Source: a bacterium (GTDB taxonomy: Bacteria; Electryoneota; Electryoneia; Electryoneales; Electryoneaceae). Taken from it: 64,000 nucleotides of DNA. Within the stretch, counting starts at the first letter, position 1, and every line of letters starts with the position of its first letter. Where the stretch lies: NCBI GenBank assembly GCA_963675295.2, contig CAXXKJ010000002.1, positions 4,475,757 through 4,539,756 of the forward strand, given 5' to 3'. The notes beneath the pieces were generated by a model. The model ran no database searches. It saw only the letters and a list, made by a program, of their open reading frames with translations, and had not been told where the DNA came from. Of the stretch, positions 63,295-64,000 are shown one piece after another. The translations under genes were made by a program, and so were the position numbers.

Positions 63295-63960
63295 ATGGCG
63301 CGCCAAGCCCGGTTCCTCGAACCCCAACTTCCCTACCACGTCACCCAACGTGGGAATTACAAGCAAGATGTCTTCGCAGACGATGAGGATCGCCATAAAT
63401 ACTTGAACCTATTGCATTTCTATTCAGGCAAGTATCACCTGGAAATCTGGGCATATTGCCTGATGAGCAATCATATTCATCTGATCGCGTATCCGGAGAA
63501 TGCCGATTCCCTTTCACGTGCACTCGCTGTTGCCCACATGAACTATGCCCAGTATTTGCACCGGAAATCTGGATTGGTCGGTCACTTGTGGCAGGGACGG
63601 TTCTACTCTTGCGCACTGGATGAGGATCACTTGCTTCGAGCCGCACGTTACGTGGAGATGAATCCGGTACGCGCGAAGCTTGTTGCAAAACCGGAGGAGT
63701 GGGAATGGTCCAGCGCGCGCCATCATCTTGGACTGGACTCCTCTACGTTGCTGGAAACCTCCCATTGGCCTGACGAAGACACGCTTGCGGAATGGCCGTC
63801 AATGTTGACTGCGCAAGATTCCGAAGGAGCCGTCGAGCAATTACGACGTGCTACTTATACCGGACGGCCTTTGGGAAGTGAAGAATGGATTGATATGTTA
63901 GAAACGAAAACGGGACGTCGACTTCGCCCCGGAAAACCGGGAAGACCGAGGAAAGCATGA
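63295..63960 (+). CDS. REP-associated tyrosine (Y1 HUH) transposase, RAYT-like
   Basis: YHVTQRGN, CLMSNHIHL (HUH), GHLWQGRF, YVEMNPVRA (catalytic Tyr), WEWSS; AGGAG RBS. Confidence 0.9.
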   Translation: MARQARFLEPQLPYHVTQRGNYKQDVFADDEDRHKYLNLLHFYSGKYHLEIWAYCLMSNHIHLIAYPENADSLSRALAVAHMNYAQYLHRKSGLVGHLWQGRFYSCALDEDHLLRAARYVEMNPVRAKLVAKPEEWEWSSARHHLGLDSSTLLETSHWPDEDTLAEWPSMLTAQDSEGAVEQLRRATYTGRPLGSEEWIDMLETKTGRRLRPGKPGRPRKA

Positions 63961-64000
63961 ATGATCCGAACCAAATATCAGGTGGTTTCATTGAATCTTG

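Overview
GC-rich bacterial chromosomal window. Many secreted proteins carry the YPNPFN...K C-terminal (T9SS/Por-type) sorting domain, so an FCB-superphylum organism is inferred. Core content: lgt plus a metal ABC transporter, a MATE pump, a complete alternative complex III operon (actABCDEF), a DtxR/MntR regulator, lptFG, rmlC, glutamine synthetase, meaB, birA-coaX-amidase, a PspC/LiaF-like cluster, a Tat sulfatase and rpsU-yqeY-cvpA. Intergenic regions hold short palindromes (REP-like families) and 7-/9-mer tandem repeats placed just after stop codons. The most striking structure is at 59167-63960: three IS4-family elements (1325 bp, identical transposases, period 1379 bp) separated by two different 54-bp hairpin spacers and ending directly upstream of a REP-associated HUH tyrosine transposase (RAYT). 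The 9-bp flanks show that the IS inserts into the arms of a 72-bp hairpin next to the RAYT. The middle copy has inverted rather than direct flanks, and the 20-nt loop is flipped between the two spacers. Also notable: a duplicated glnA-tail/DUF72-tail junction that stacks two divergent beta-propeller genes in one slot, a shared unnamed C-terminal domain that replaces the T9SS domain, a degenerate MglA-like pseudo-GTPase, and a MerR gene with an AT-rich second HTH domain. I found no rRNA, tRNA or CRISPR array. All calls come from reading motifs by eye; no database searches were run.
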